From Candidatus Uhrbacteria bacterium (GTDB lineage Bacteria > Patescibacteriota > Patescibacteriia > UBA9934), in the NCBI GenBank assembly GCA_943350635.1, contig CALRAI010000002.1:1-61444 (forward strand): a stretch of DNA of 61,444 nucleotides, in the 5' to 3' direction. Below are positions 27,301-36,432 of the stretch, in pieces. Position 1 is the stretch's first letter. The number at the start of each line of letters is the position of its first letter. The notes under the pieces are model-generated. The model was not told the origin of the DNA. It saw only the letters and a program-made list of their open reading frames with translations, and made no database searches. Both the position numbers and the translations under genes were made by a program.

Positions 27301-30300
27301 TGGGAAGGGTCAGACACTTCGGGATACCAGCTGAAAACATGGAACCTGTTGGAATCAGATATGGGCGCAACGGCATACACATATGCCGACAGCGGAGAAA
27401 TCAACACCGCACCAAACGCGGCACCATGCACCACATGGGTTGCAACAGCAACAGGAATTACGTGTAACGACGACATTGCTGGAGTACTCACGAGCGACAG
27501 CGCAGACTGCGACGAACACGACGATATTATTACCAATCCAGACTGCCGCGAATTCTACGACGCGAGCGGAGTAATTCATTACCGTTCCTGGAGTAAAACG
27601 GTCACTGTGGACTCCGCATGTGTCACGTATCGCAAAACCGATATCGCATCGTCGTCAACCACCACTGCGAGTGCCAACTGCGGGAACTCTGGAGGATACT
27701 TTGATTCGGTTATCACACAATGCCGATACTACGGATTTGTGGAGGAGAGTATTGAATGTTCCGCGAGTGAATCAGGATGTCGGGAATACACCGGTGGCCG
27801 AAGTCGCGATAGCCGTCAGGCATTGGCGGAGTATTTTGAAGACGGCCTCACCAGTTGGGACGCAGCAAGCGCAACGAACGTCACCGTGTCCAACGAATCC
27901 ATCGCAACGGACGGTCACTCATTGCTTTCCAACGCAGAATCGGTATGGACATATGTGGGGGATTACGGATCCACCTGTGCAAGCGACGACGGATGTACGC
28001 CAACCGCCGGAACCCTTGGTGGCACGTGTACCGCAGCGAATGGCGATCAGTATTGTGGAACATTAGACGACCAACTCTACGGAGATAAAACCTACACACT
28101 ATCATTCTGGGCAAAAGGAACTGGCACGCTCATGTTTGGCTTCGATGAATCGTTGATTGACGGAACTCGTGCTGTAGATGTGTCCTTTGTGCAGGATCCA
28201 ATTACGCTCGACACCGAATGGCATGAATATTCCTACGGTCCGCTCGACATGAAGAGCAGCGAATACCCAGATTTTGGAGACGGATCGTCTGCTCTCGTCT
28301 TTACTCCAAGTATCGGCGGCACATTCTATTTGGACAACGTGATGCTTCGTGAAGGAGAAGATAATATTACGGTTATTAAGAATTCATGGATTACCCCAGC
28401 GTCGTGTGATCAAACTGCAGAAGGAACCGTATCGGACCAATACATGTTGGGATGTCAGGAATATACGGATCAAAATGGTGCCGTGGCGTATTTGAAGAGT
28501 TTCAATTCGTTGTGTGAAGAATCCCAAGTGGGATGTTCCTCATATTTCATGACGCAGGAATCGGACGCTACTGGCGCTGCGGTATACGGCGCATATTGTT
28601 CCATGGTCGATGGCAGTTCCACGGTGTATGGCGCAGAAGCAACGAGTGCGACGTCGTGTTATTACGCGCTGAATAGTGCGAAGACAGCGTACGACACAGA
28701 CAGCCAGTTCCTGTGTACGATTGGTGTTGGTCAGACAAGCTGTGAATTCGATCTGAATTGGTATGCAACGCTTGAGGATCTCACGTCGTATCACCCACAT
28801 TTGTCCTATAAAGGATCGACAGTGATTTCTCCAGCGGACAAAGATGTGTTCCTTGTGGTGAACTCCGATGTGGAATGTACAAGCGACGTTGCCGGCTGTA
28901 CGGAAGTTGGGTTGCCAACATTTAGTCAGGATCACACGAGCGTGGCAAGCTGGACGAGCACGTATCTCATGAACATTCCTGCCGACTACGCCACCACGTT
29001 GTGTACGGAAAAGGGATTGTATTGCAATGCATGGACGGATGGGGACGGCTCCACACACTACTTTAAGGATCCGCAGGATCAAACGTGTGAATATCGCACC
29101 GATGTTACGGTTGACGACGTCACATACGACGGTTGGTTCAAGACAGGTCTGGATGAATGGTGTGCAACGACAACAACAACAGCAACAGATACCGATGGAA
29201 CAATAATAACAACAATCACGCCACAGTATGTCATCGGCGGCGACGTTTCTGGAATTTGGCGCAATGGAGACGACGACTACAGCAATTGGGTAGGAACATG
29301 TACGGATGAATACGATAGCTGTACGGAATATCAGGATCTGACCGATCTTGATTCGGACGACATATACGGTGTTTCAGACGGCACAGGATACACATATCTC
29401 AACAACGATTCGTTAATGGACAACAGTTTGCCAGACAGTCAGAAATGTAATGGGCAGGTGAGCCAAAAAGAAGGCTGTGCCTTGTTCAACGATTCCAGCG
29501 AGCCGTCCAAAACCGCAAACATGAGTGCAACATACGTGGCAAGCAAACATGCCGACGTCTTGTTTGGAGGTGCACCAAACGGCATGGTGGATCCTATCGA
29601 CTGTGAAGACGACAACACGACTATCACCACATCCACAGGTGCAACAGTAGACTTGTGTGCAAAGCGTTGTCGGTACATCGCGGACGATTACTACGACATT
29701 AACGGTTCAGACGAAACGTACATCTACGACGGCTCGTGTTACGACAATACGGATTGTCGTCCACTCGCGAGTGAATCAAACGAAACGATTGATGGATCGT
29801 GTATTTCAACGAGCGACACCGCACTCATGCTGGAGAACGATGCAAACACCGTGCTCAAGGTGGATCGGGACCGTGAGTGTAGCGAATGGTTAAGTTGTTC
29901 AGATTCTCAAACCACCTGGGACGAGCGCACCAATAGCTACAAAACCATTTGTGGCGACATCGGCCTATGTACCAAATACGCCACAGATTCTGGCAACGCA
30001 TCCTTCTGTTCCGCATGGAGCAGCGATGCGCCAGCAGAAGTATTGGATCAAGACGTGTATTCCGAGCGTGATGTTTCGTGGTACGGCGAAGACTATTCCG
30101 GCTACGCCATTCCCGGCACCTTGCCAGTAGACCAGCTCACCCAAAAGAACGTTGCTCCACCAGCGGGGTATTGTAATACGGCATCATCAAGCGATAGTAC
30201 GATTGCGGCAACAAACGGTATCGAGTGTAGTGACGACAGTGAATGCCGACCGGATGGCGGAGGTACTAGCGAACATACGTACTGCCCGAGCGAATCAGAA

Positions 30301-33255
30301 GATATGTACCGCTTGGCGTATGTCGCTGGCGCATGTGACCCCATCGCAGATGATTATGGCGACCTTTGTTACGTTGGATACTGTGCGAATACAGGCTCCC
30401 CATGTTCGTCAACGGAAAGTTGTGGAACCGATGGCGGATCATGTGTTATCGGTTCATGTTATGAGGTTTCGACAACGGCATGTGCCTCTGATACGGACTG
30501 TCCAACGTCTGGCGATACGTGTTTGAGTGGATTTTGTGCAACACAAGGGTATGACGCGATCATCGACGACTATCTCGCAAGTTTTCCAGAGCTTTCCTGC
30601 GACACCGGTGAAACAATGTACCCCTCCGTCAATTTCAAAGCCGGAACCTGTATGCGCAACGAATGTATTCTCACCCCAACCGGCAGTACCTTCGACGTTG
30701 CCACAGCCGAAGCCAAGAGCTGCCGCGGCTACCCAGAAATTAACAGCCCGTTCCCGAATAGTGTGGTAGAGACGTGGATTAATCCAATCACAAAAGTAGA
30801 ATTAACAGAAGGTGTTGAAGGTTTTATTGGGGCGGTGCCGTATACGTATTTAAGCAATTTTGAAAACGCACAGGTTTGTCAGCCCGGAGAAGACTGTAGT
30901 TGTTCATACAAAAAAGTGACATACGGCGAACAAAACGTCTTGAAAGTATTTGGTCGCGATTCGGATTTCCCAACAGGAAGCTCTGACATCGGTGTGTGTG
31001 TTGGCGGAGATTATGACGGCGCTTTCTGTAGTGCGAACAATACATATTACAATGACTCCTCTACAGCAATTGATGGACACGCCATTGTGAGCGAATCCAG
31101 CTCTTGTGAGTCCGCTACTTATGGTAGTGGCACGTGTACATACCCAAGTCTAACAAACGATGTTGTTGGTATGGACGGGTATTGTCTGGAGCGCGATAGT
31201 TCAAATAATATTCTTGGGGACAGAGATCTCAATGCCTGTCTTACCTGGCTGCCGGTAGATCAACTTGCGGGATCAACAGACCTTTATGCGAAATATACGA
31301 GTGCGGGTTTTGACGGAGAGGCATATTACTGTGGAGAGGTGAACCTCTTCAATAACGTCTATACGTTGTTTGGATGCGCTGAAATCGATGGAGGATCTTC
31401 TTGCTCAAATGTGGTCGTCGTTGATGCAGATAGTAGTAACTACACAGATTGTAGATTCAGTATGCAATGCGCAGACGGATTCTTTGCTGTTGGAGGCCCG
31501 GCAACTACGGATGATGGGAGTTCAACGTCATCAGCGCAGTGTCAGAGTGGTGTGGCTGCTTGTCCATACCGTTGCGTACCAATGAACTCGGTACACTCCG
31601 GTTCTGGAGAGAAATGCGGACCGCCATCATCGGATACGTACGAGCATATTTTGGATACCGGTGATTCTTGCTATCTTGATACTCCGTTTTACTTCACTGG
31701 TGATTACGCAGAAACGGATACGCTGCTGAATGACTATTCGGATTGTATCTTTTACGGTGCTTCCGGTGATGACGAACTTGGAATTACCGACTTCTCGGAG
31801 TCGGCTGACCTAAATGGTGATTCAACGGAAGAAAATGGCGGTGATGACTACTATATCGAAGGAGGATCTGGTTCCACGGATGCTTTATACCGAGGTGAGG
31901 CATATCCCACTTGTCAGTCGCTTCTACAAGTAGCGAATAATGATACTAGCGAATATAACTACGCGTGGACGGATCGTGTGGCGAACTCGATGAGCGCATC
32001 GTTTCCGTCTATTGATGCTGGAAATCTTACCTATACGTACTCTGTTGCTAACACTCCGTTCGGCGCATCTATTTCGCCAGCAGATGCGGAAGCAGGGCTA
32101 GACAGCGCGGGGGATCCGGTGCCGGCCGTTGTTGCAGCGTGTGGTTCTCCATCGTTATATGGCGGCGCTTCGCCTGCGGAAGAGGTAATTGATCCAACAC
32201 TCTGTGACGACGACACCGCAGATTCCTACGGGCCACTCTTTACGAATGACGGCACACCTCAGGCTCGTGAATATATTGCCTGGACTGCATCACGTATTGC
32301 AAAGAGTGATGGAAGTTATAGCGGGACGCTCGAAACATCGGAAGACCGAACGGATATCGCAGCGCGTTTGCAGCAGTTGTTTGCGAAGCCGCTTGGGTTG
32401 AATGCGTGGAGTAATTCGGGGTCATTGAGCGTTGGCGGATCACTGATCGGGACGTACGGTTCACGTGTTGATACTTCTTCGTACGGAGGCGGGGATTTCG
32501 ATTGGGATGTGAGAGCTGCCGAAGGCAACCCTCCCTCTGTCTGGGCCGTTGATCTCAATAATTGTTACAACGACGAGTGTGAGGAGGATGAAGCGCATGC
32601 GCTCACGTTGAACGAGCAGAACGAGGGGGATGTAGAGAGTGAACAATTTTACAGAGCGTATCTGAAATTTTACGCTGCAGCAGATAAAAATCAGTTACCG
32701 ATTCGGAAGGTGATGGTAGATTGGGGTGACGAGCCAGGAGAATATACAGGCTCCGACTCCAACGATAACTTCTATAAAAATCATCGTGGGTTGAATCCAG
32801 GAGAAGAGACATCAATTTGCGATAACTCTTCTTTGAAACCAACTTCATACGAATGGGGAATGACAGGCGATAGCTGCGATTCCAATTACTTCAGCTACAA
32901 CCACATCTACACCTGTAACCCTGCCGGATTGGATGAATGTGCATTAGGTGACGACGGCATGATTAGCAACTCTCCTTGTACCAACGACGGCGGCAATTCC
33001 TGCACCTTCCGTCCCCGCGTCCACATCCGCGACAACTGGGGATGGTGTACGGGAGTGTGTACGGATGGAAATGCCGCCGACGAAGGAGGATCGGCAGATG
33101 GGTGTTTTACGGGAGAAGATTATGGAATAAGTGATAGTGTGAGTGCGCAGAGAAGTGAGTGCGCTTACGGGATTTATCCAGATGAGACTCTTTATCCAGA
33201 TGTTGGAATAGATCCTTGGGTGTATTACGATGGATCAATAACTATTACACCATAA
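24322..33255 (+). CDS. 2977-aa exported Cys-rich giant protein with CBM4/9-like jelly-roll modules
   Basis: Uninterrupted 8.9-kb ORF with a signal peptide or anchor (ATGMLMIVMSAFSSSLLLYPNTARA). About 126 Cys by hand count. CBM-like signatures are NMISNPSFEKDEDEDGVPDGWV...LWFDQLQLE and a second ...FYLDNVMLRE. Confidence 0.85.
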   Translation: MKERLRKFLATGMLMIVMSAFSSSLLLYPNTARAEMPVIQITSLSDVAKWLVDALKAIGESALLASISTALINTTTYAADRLAYDAAVFVASGGNGEDPLFENRSVGDYFSDYGASVAGEALGAIDDTGILGNFSLCEPNASGVTLAFKFGIQAAFTRPEPSCDFNAVKENWNGFLSDVESMGEDPFGKNSLITTKLSGAFNPGENDFSVGIQLYSDVLNKAQTDAANSTLRTMFAGFFKEKTAFINGKVETPSEMIQKRLDDSIGESQEIRNKIQVQALADPKILTQIAKHAGSVFTNTLLSKVTEKLYDGLFGGIDQTDIDPFNADSVGTGNSSDARAAFREFLTATPVSIDNFSQLGEFSACPSSGKSLYNCVSDTNLVTAIGRAEAGSAMTIAEAIEEDLLNSSWPLIPSSDTARDQDQFCYSYGYCHGNLVKLRKARIISTGWELAAESAANSAGSPVTLGEVVDAFNDCSDTGELDDNHPWCHLIDPNWILKYPATQCKAQVYGEQLVASVTDQRQDVCVDMPSCIDTDSNGQCTGGYGYCVREQNTWQFRGEECPDYYASCLTLEDPEGTEKNFIMNTTNSDNCTADNAGCLWYATQMEDDGTDTSTFAFPDYSDTTVFAAAEAATDIYKNRIYFTSAVAECDSSGAGCRELVSRADGVTLNMISNPSFEKDEDEDGVPDGWVMGAADEQFSIDSTVMLDGSSAVNPGTGIFYQPGIVLTQGAEYTYSVYARQGSSTGVATSALLTLGRSDGVAIDLNGYALEGDCNIYASEENILEIVGTPSSTTYERFSCTFTVPTLEDSTVEIAAFVDVMGGDLWFDQLQLEQESEASDYHEGYSDTVLDLSYVKVAPAYLGCTGDPDTDATNCADYATMCLETDVGCSLYTPSNGDPSVAGITDSLDECPEECVGYDTFKQEATNYEPDGEFPVYFIPDSADTCSAQAVGCDEFTNIATEASSYFTSLRSCITPTQAALNSTTSDDSAVFYTWEGSDTSGYQLKTWNLLESDMGATAYTYADSGEINTAPNAAPCTTWVATATGITCNDDIAGVLTSDSADCDEHDDIITNPDCREFYDASGVIHYRSWSKTVTVDSACVTYRKTDIASSSTTTASANCGNSGGYFDSVITQCRYYGFVEESIECSASESGCREYTGGRSRDSRQALAEYFEDGLTSWDAASATNVTVSNESIATDGHSLLSNAESVWTYVGDYGSTCASDDGCTPTAGTLGGTCTAANGDQYCGTLDDQLYGDKTYTLSFWAKGTGTLMFGFDESLIDGTRAVDVSFVQDPITLDTEWHEYSYGPLDMKSSEYPDFGDGSSALVFTPSIGGTFYLDNVMLREGEDNITVIKNSWITPASCDQTAEGTVSDQYMLGCQEYTDQNGAVAYLKSFNSLCEESQVGCSSYFMTQESDATGAAVYGAYCSMVDGSSTVYGAEATSATSCYYALNSAKTAYDTDSQFLCTIGVGQTSCEFDLNWYATLEDLTSYHPHLSYKGSTVISPADKDVFLVVNSDVECTSDVAGCTEVGLPTFSQDHTSVASWTSTYLMNIPADYATTLCTEKGLYCNAWTDGDGSTHYFKDPQDQTCEYRTDVTVDDVTYDGWFKTGLDEWCATTTTTATDTDGTIITTITPQYVIGGDVSGIWRNGDDDYSNWVGTCTDEYDSCTEYQDLTDLDSDDIYGVSDGTGYTYLNNDSLMDNSLPDSQKCNGQVSQKEGCALFNDSSEPSKTANMSATYVASKHADVLFGGAPNGMVDPIDCEDDNTTITTSTGATVDLCAKRCRYIADDYYDINGSDETYIYDGSCYDNTDCRPLASESNETIDGSCISTSDTALMLENDANTVLKVDRDRECSEWLSCSDSQTTWDERTNSYKTICGDIGLCTKYATDSGNASFCSAWSSDAPAEVLDQDVYSERDVSWYGEDYSGYAIPGTLPVDQLTQKNVAPPAGYCNTASSSDSTIAATNGIECSDDSECRPDGGGTSEHTYCPSESEDMYRLAYVAGACDPIADDYGDLCYVGYCANTGSPCSSTESCGTDGGSCVIGSCYEVSTTACASDTDCPTSGDTCLSGFCATQGYDAIIDDYLASFPELSCDTGETMYPSVNFKAGTCMRNECILTPTGSTFDVATAEAKSCRGYPEINSPFPNSVVETWINPITKVELTEGVEGFIGAVPYTYLSNFENAQVCQPGEDCSCSYKKVTYGEQNVLKVFGRDSDFPTGSSDIGVCVGGDYDGAFCSANNTYYNDSSTAIDGHAIVSESSSCESATYGSGTCTYPSLTNDVVGMDGYCLERDSSNNILGDRDLNACLTWLPVDQLAGSTDLYAKYTSAGFDGEAYYCGEVNLFNNVYTLFGCAEIDGGSSCSNVVVVDADSSNYTDCRFSMQCADGFFAVGGPATTDDGSSTSSAQCQSGVAACPYRCVPMNSVHSGSGEKCGPPSSDTYEHILDTGDSCYLDTPFYFTGDYAETDTLLNDYSDCIFYGASGDDELGITDFSESADLNGDSTEENGGDDYYIEGGSGSTDALYRGEAYPTCQSLLQVANNDTSEYNYAWTDRVANSMSASFPSIDAGNLTYTYSVANTPFGASISPADAEAGLDSAGDPVPAVVAACGSPSLYGGASPAEEVIDPTLCDDDTADSYGPLFTNDGTPQAREYIAWTASRIAKSDGSYSGTLETSEDRTDIAARLQQLFAKPLGLNAWSNSGSLSVGGSLIGTYGSRVDTSSYGGGDFDWDVRAAEGNPPSVWAVDLNNCYNDECEEDEAHALTLNEQNEGDVESEQFYRAYLKFYAAADKNQLPIRKVMVDWGDEPGEYTGSDSNDNFYKNHRGLNPGEETSICDNSSLKPTSYEWGMTGDSCDSNYFSYNHIYTCNPAGLDECALGDDGMISNSPCTNDGGNSCTFRPRVHIRDNWGWCTGVCTDGNAADEGGSADGCFTGEDYGISDSVSAQRSECAYGIYPDETLYPDVGIDPWVYYDGSITITP

Positions 33256-33257
33256 AC

Positions 33258-33301
33258 GCAACATCGGAGCCGCCCCGTAGGGTGGCTCCGATGCGTTTTT
33301 G
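33258..33301 (+). terminator. rho-independent terminator of the giant gene
   Basis: CATCGGAGCC-N12-GGCTCCGATG followed by CGTTTTTG, immediately after the stop at 33255. Confidence 0.75.
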
Positions 33302-33320
33302 CGCGCTCTTCTTTCGCGCG

Positions 33321-34115
33321 TTACTGGGAACAGGTCACGTCGGACGTTGTGCCGAAGTCCTCGCTGACAACCGTCAACGAGAAATTCTGCTTGCCGATCT
33401 GGGATTCTGTGATATAGACGATTTCGTCATCCACCACCACGAGGCTCAGTTGATCATCTTCCGCCTGCAGGTAGTCGTCCGCGGCGCCGACTACGCCCCA
33501 GTTCGCATGGTCGTCTTCCGCTTCTACAATGCCGTTCTTGTTCATCACTATATGGGTCGGGTCGAAGTCGTTGCTGTAGCCGTACGCCCCCTTCAGATCC
33601 GGCGCCGAGGCGTCGTATCGGTAGAGGTCGTAGCTGCAGGCGTAGTCGCCCGGCTCGAAGAGGTTGAAGAGATCGAACCGGCCCGGGATTTCGTCGCCGT
33701 TCTCCACGGAGATGTCGGCGGGGGGCGCGGCCCAGTATTCGCCTTCCTGGTCAACCTGCACCGGGAAACCGAACTGCTCGGTGTACGAGCTGTCGCCGGC
33801 GGTCACGGTGTAGTCGGCGGGGGCGAGGACTTCGATCGCGGTTCCGGAAATTTCCGTGACGTCGCCGATGTTCACGAGGCTGTCCTCGATCACGCCGAGT
33901 CGGTACACGGTGTAGGTGAGCGTTGCAGTTCCGACGGGCGTGTCGCTATCCCCGCTGTCGCAGCTCGAGACGCAGTCGCCGTTCGCGTCCACCTGGGTGT
34001 CGTCCGTGGTGGGGACGTCCGTGGTGGAGGAACAGGCGTCGGCGCAGGTGTCGCCGGAGCAGGCGGAGAGGGAGAGGGACACGATGAGGGAGGGAACGAT
34101 GGAACGGAGGGTCAT
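33321..34115 (-). CDS. lipoprotein (hypothetical), acidic and Cys-containing
   Basis: The start was placed at MTLRSIVPSLIVSLSLSAC, which has a lipobox (LSAC). G+C is about 65% in a hand-counted 100-nt sample. It is convergent with the giant gene. Confidence 0.6.
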   Translation of the reverse strand: MTLRSIVPSLIVSLSLSACSGDTCADACSSTTDVPTTDDTQVDANGDCVSSCDSGDSDTPVGTATLTYTVYRLGVIEDSLVNIGDVTEISGTAIEVLAPADYTVTAGDSSYTEQFGFPVQVDQEGEYWAAPPADISVENGDEIPGRFDLFNLFEPGDYACSYDLYRYDASAPDLKGAYGYSNDFDPTHIVMNKNGIVEAEDDHANWGVVGAADDYLQAEDDQLSLVVVDDEIVYITESQIGKQNFSLTVVSEDFGTTSDVTCSQ

Positions 34116-34217
34116 TGAAGCACCATGGGGTTGAGAAGTGTCTGAAAAACGGGACAAAGTTGCACTATGAATATAGCAGAAAAATGGGGTTTTGTATAGA
34201 GAAAGGGGAGAAATGGA

Positions 34218-34481
34218 ATGAAATTATGGAAATATGCTATAGTTTTACATATGAATTCACGAGAAGCTTCCGCGCCTTTTTTTACCGAAACCCCAAGCGT
34301 TGGGAATCTTTTTCGAACCATTGGAGACGTCATTCGTGAATGGATTCGGATTCGAATACATGCATACCGTTATAAGCGGCTCGATTTTCGGCGGCTTCGC
34401 GATGAGGAGATTCCAGATGATTTACGGAAAGCCATTGATGCTGACCGTAATGCACCGGATGGAGATTTTGAAAATCTTTAG
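34218..34481 (+). CDS. hypothetical small protein, possible antitoxin partner (weak)
   Basis: It ends 3 nt before the toxin-like ORF, and no motif was recognised. The start is uncertain. Confidence 0.25.
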   Translation: MKLWKYAIVLHMNSREASAPFFTETPSVGNLFRTIGDVIREWIRIRIHAYRYKRLDFRRLRDEEIPDDLRKAIDADRNAPDGDFENL

Positions 34482-34484
34482 GGT

Positions 34485-34736
34485 ATGTCTGAAGTTCTTG
34501 AAATTATTGAGAATAAGCGTGTTCGTCCATATTTGGAAGCTCGAGGATTATATAAACAGTATCTCAAGGCGAAGCAGATTCTTTTATCCGGCGACCAAAT
34601 TCGCGTACATTTTAAAGAACGACAACCACAGGATTCTGGCGTGTGGTCGTTTCGTGTGAATAAACAATTTCGAGCGTTCGGCTTTTTTCGATCCCCGGGT
34701 CAATTTGCGGTCTCAAAAATCAACAATCATCAATAA
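34485..34736 (+). CDS. RelE/HigB-superfamily toxin-like protein
   Basis: 83 aa. The C-terminal pattern GVWSFRVNKQFRAFGFF...FAVSKINNHQ resembles the HigB/RelE core strands. Confidence 0.45.
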   Translation: MSEVLEIIENKRVRPYLEARGLYKQYLKAKQILLSGDQIRVHFKERQPQDSGVWSFRVNKQFRAFGFFRSPGQFAVSKINNHQ

Positions 34737-34814
34737 GGGGCGCTCACAGTACGAAAAATATGTATACGTTATGTATAGTTTTTCGATAAATGTATAGGTT
34801 TCGGGCGTCGTCAT

Positions 34815-34863
34815 ATGCCATACATTCACGATTATCATTGCTATAATCGTGAATGTATGGCAT
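34815..34863. promoter_or_regulatory. perfect 21-bp inverted repeat (operator candidate) upstream of fic
   Basis: ATGCCATACATTCACGATTAT-N7-ATAATCGTGAATGTATGGCAT. A third half-site, AATTCACGATTAT, lies at 34876-34888. Confidence 0.6.
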
Positions 34864-34895
34864 AATTGTGATATAATTCACGATTATAAGCGCTT

Positions 34896-35768
34896 ATGCC
34901 AAGAACCAAATCGTATATTGGAGCAATCAAGGAGCTCAGAAAGCGGTATTATGCAGCGCTTTCCGGAAAGGAATCGCTCATAAAGCTCATAAGCGAGGTT
35001 GAGATTTCTGAACAGGTATATAACTCAAATGCTATTGAAAATAGTAGGCTAACACTGGAGGAAACCGAGAAGATTTTGTTGCAATTAGACTTGGATCGTT
35101 ACATTACTGAGCGCGAGCTGTTTGAAACAAAGAACCTCGCTCGTGTTGTTGCGTATATGGAAACTCGTTCTCACGAGCAGCCGTTAACCATGGAAGTCAT
35201 GCTGTTCTTGCACAAAATGTTACTGACAAATATTCGTGACGATATCGCTGGTCGGATTCGGATGCAGAACGAGTGGGTTCGTGTGGGGAGTCATATCGCT
35301 GCGAATCCAGCAGATATTCGCGAGCTTCTCGATACAATGTTTGGAGAATATGCTGCAAATTCTTCCGAACATATTGTGAAACGTATTGCGCGATTTCATT
35401 TGATGTTTGAGCACATCCATCCATTCGTCGATGGAAATGGTCGAATGGGGCGGGTGATGAATAATTATCTCTTGCTACGAGAAGGCTTTGTACCAATGGT
35501 TATCTTGTATGCAACTCGCGAAAAGTATTATCAGGCGTTTGCGGCATTTGATGCGAATGGATCCACAGCGCATATGGAGGATATTGTCGGCCTCGCGTTG
35601 CAAGAAAGCTATCACAAGCGCCTTGCGTACCTTGAAGGTAAGCGCATTGTGGCATTGAGCGCATACGGAAAAATGGAGAAAATCTCGTTGTCCGATCTAT
35701 TAAATAAGGCTCAGCGTCAAACGATTGAAGCATTTCGAGAGAAAGGAACATGGAAAATTGGAGTGTAA
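34896..35768 (+). CDS. Fic-family protein (AMPylase-type)
   Basis: Canonical Fic motif HPFVDGNGRMGR. Confidence 0.9.
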   Translation: MPRTKSYIGAIKELRKRYYAALSGKESLIKLISEVEISEQVYNSNAIENSRLTLEETEKILLQLDLDRYITERELFETKNLARVVAYMETRSHEQPLTMEVMLFLHKMLLTNIRDDIAGRIRMQNEWVRVGSHIAANPADIRELLDTMFGEYAANSSEHIVKRIARFHLMFEHIHPFVDGNGRMGRVMNNYLLLREGFVPMVILYATREKYYQAFAAFDANGSTAHMEDIVGLALQESYHKRLAYLEGKRIVALSAYGKMEKISLSDLLNKAQRQTIEAFREKGTWKIGV

Positions 35769-35828
35769 AGTATACTAATGACACCGCGTACAAAGTATGA
35801 TATTGTCATATTATAAAATAATATTTAT

Positions 35829-36047
35829 ATGTCCACGCTTTCTGTGCCTCTAAGCCCAAGTCTCGAAGCCTTTATTCTTTCCATGGTCCAAAGCGGCCGT
35901 GCAGCAAATAAGGTTGATGTTGTGCGAAAAGCGTTGAAAAAGATGTCTGAAGATGAAGCAGTACGCGTTGTTCTCGAGGCGGAACAGGAGATTCGTGATG
36001 GGAAGGCGTTGCGTGGTGATTTGGATGTGCTCGCGTCGATGATATAG
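35829..36047 (+). CDS. ribbon-helix-helix antitoxin (ParD/CopG-like)
   Basis: 72 aa with an N-terminal beta-strand plus two helices (LSVPLSPSLEAFILSMVQSG...VVRKALKKM). It lies 4 nt upstream of a RelE/ParE toxin gene. Confidence 0.7.
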   Translation: MSTLSVPLSPSLEAFILSMVQSGRAANKVDVVRKALKKMSEDEAVRVVLEAEQEIRDGKALRGDLDVLASMI

Positions 36048-36051
36048 GTGT

Positions 36052-36306
36052 ATGAACATTGAGTATGCACCAAGTTTTATTCGCTCGTATAAAAAATTGC
36101 AGCAAGAGTGTAAAGAAGACGTCAAACGTACGATCGGTCTCTTTCAAACTGATATACATCATCCGGCGCTTCGTGTGCATAAACTGAGCGGTTCTCTGCA
36201 GGGGAAATACGCGCTTTCTTTGAACTATCGCGATCGTATTATTTTCCAATACGAAAAAAATGGCACCGCGACATTGCTCGCCATCGGCGACCACGACATG
36301 TACTGA
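36052..36306 (+). CDS. RelE/ParE-family toxin
   Basis: 84 aa with HHPALRVHKLSGSLQGKYALSLNYRDRIIFQYE...LLAIGDHD, typical of YafQ/RelE-type toxins. Confidence 0.75.
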   Translation: MNIEYAPSFIRSYKKLQQECKEDVKRTIGLFQTDIHHPALRVHKLSGSLQGKYALSLNYRDRIIFQYEKNGTATLLAIGDHDMY

Positions 36307-36432
36307 TAGTTTCATCTTCACCTCCGCAGATACATCATGTTCATCTCCTAAACCCTTCAAGGAGCTGAATCATGGATTCGCAAATGTCCTTATGAATGTG
36401 CCCGGCAACAATGTGCATTCTGTAGGGCATAG

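Noticed and set aside
33216-34118. A 300-aa + strand ORF overlapping the end of the giant gene and the lipoprotein gene.
   Set aside because: It lies antisense to a well-supported lipoprotein ORF in a G+C-rich island. The sequence is V/G/R-rich without features, and it would have to read through the giant gene's terminator.
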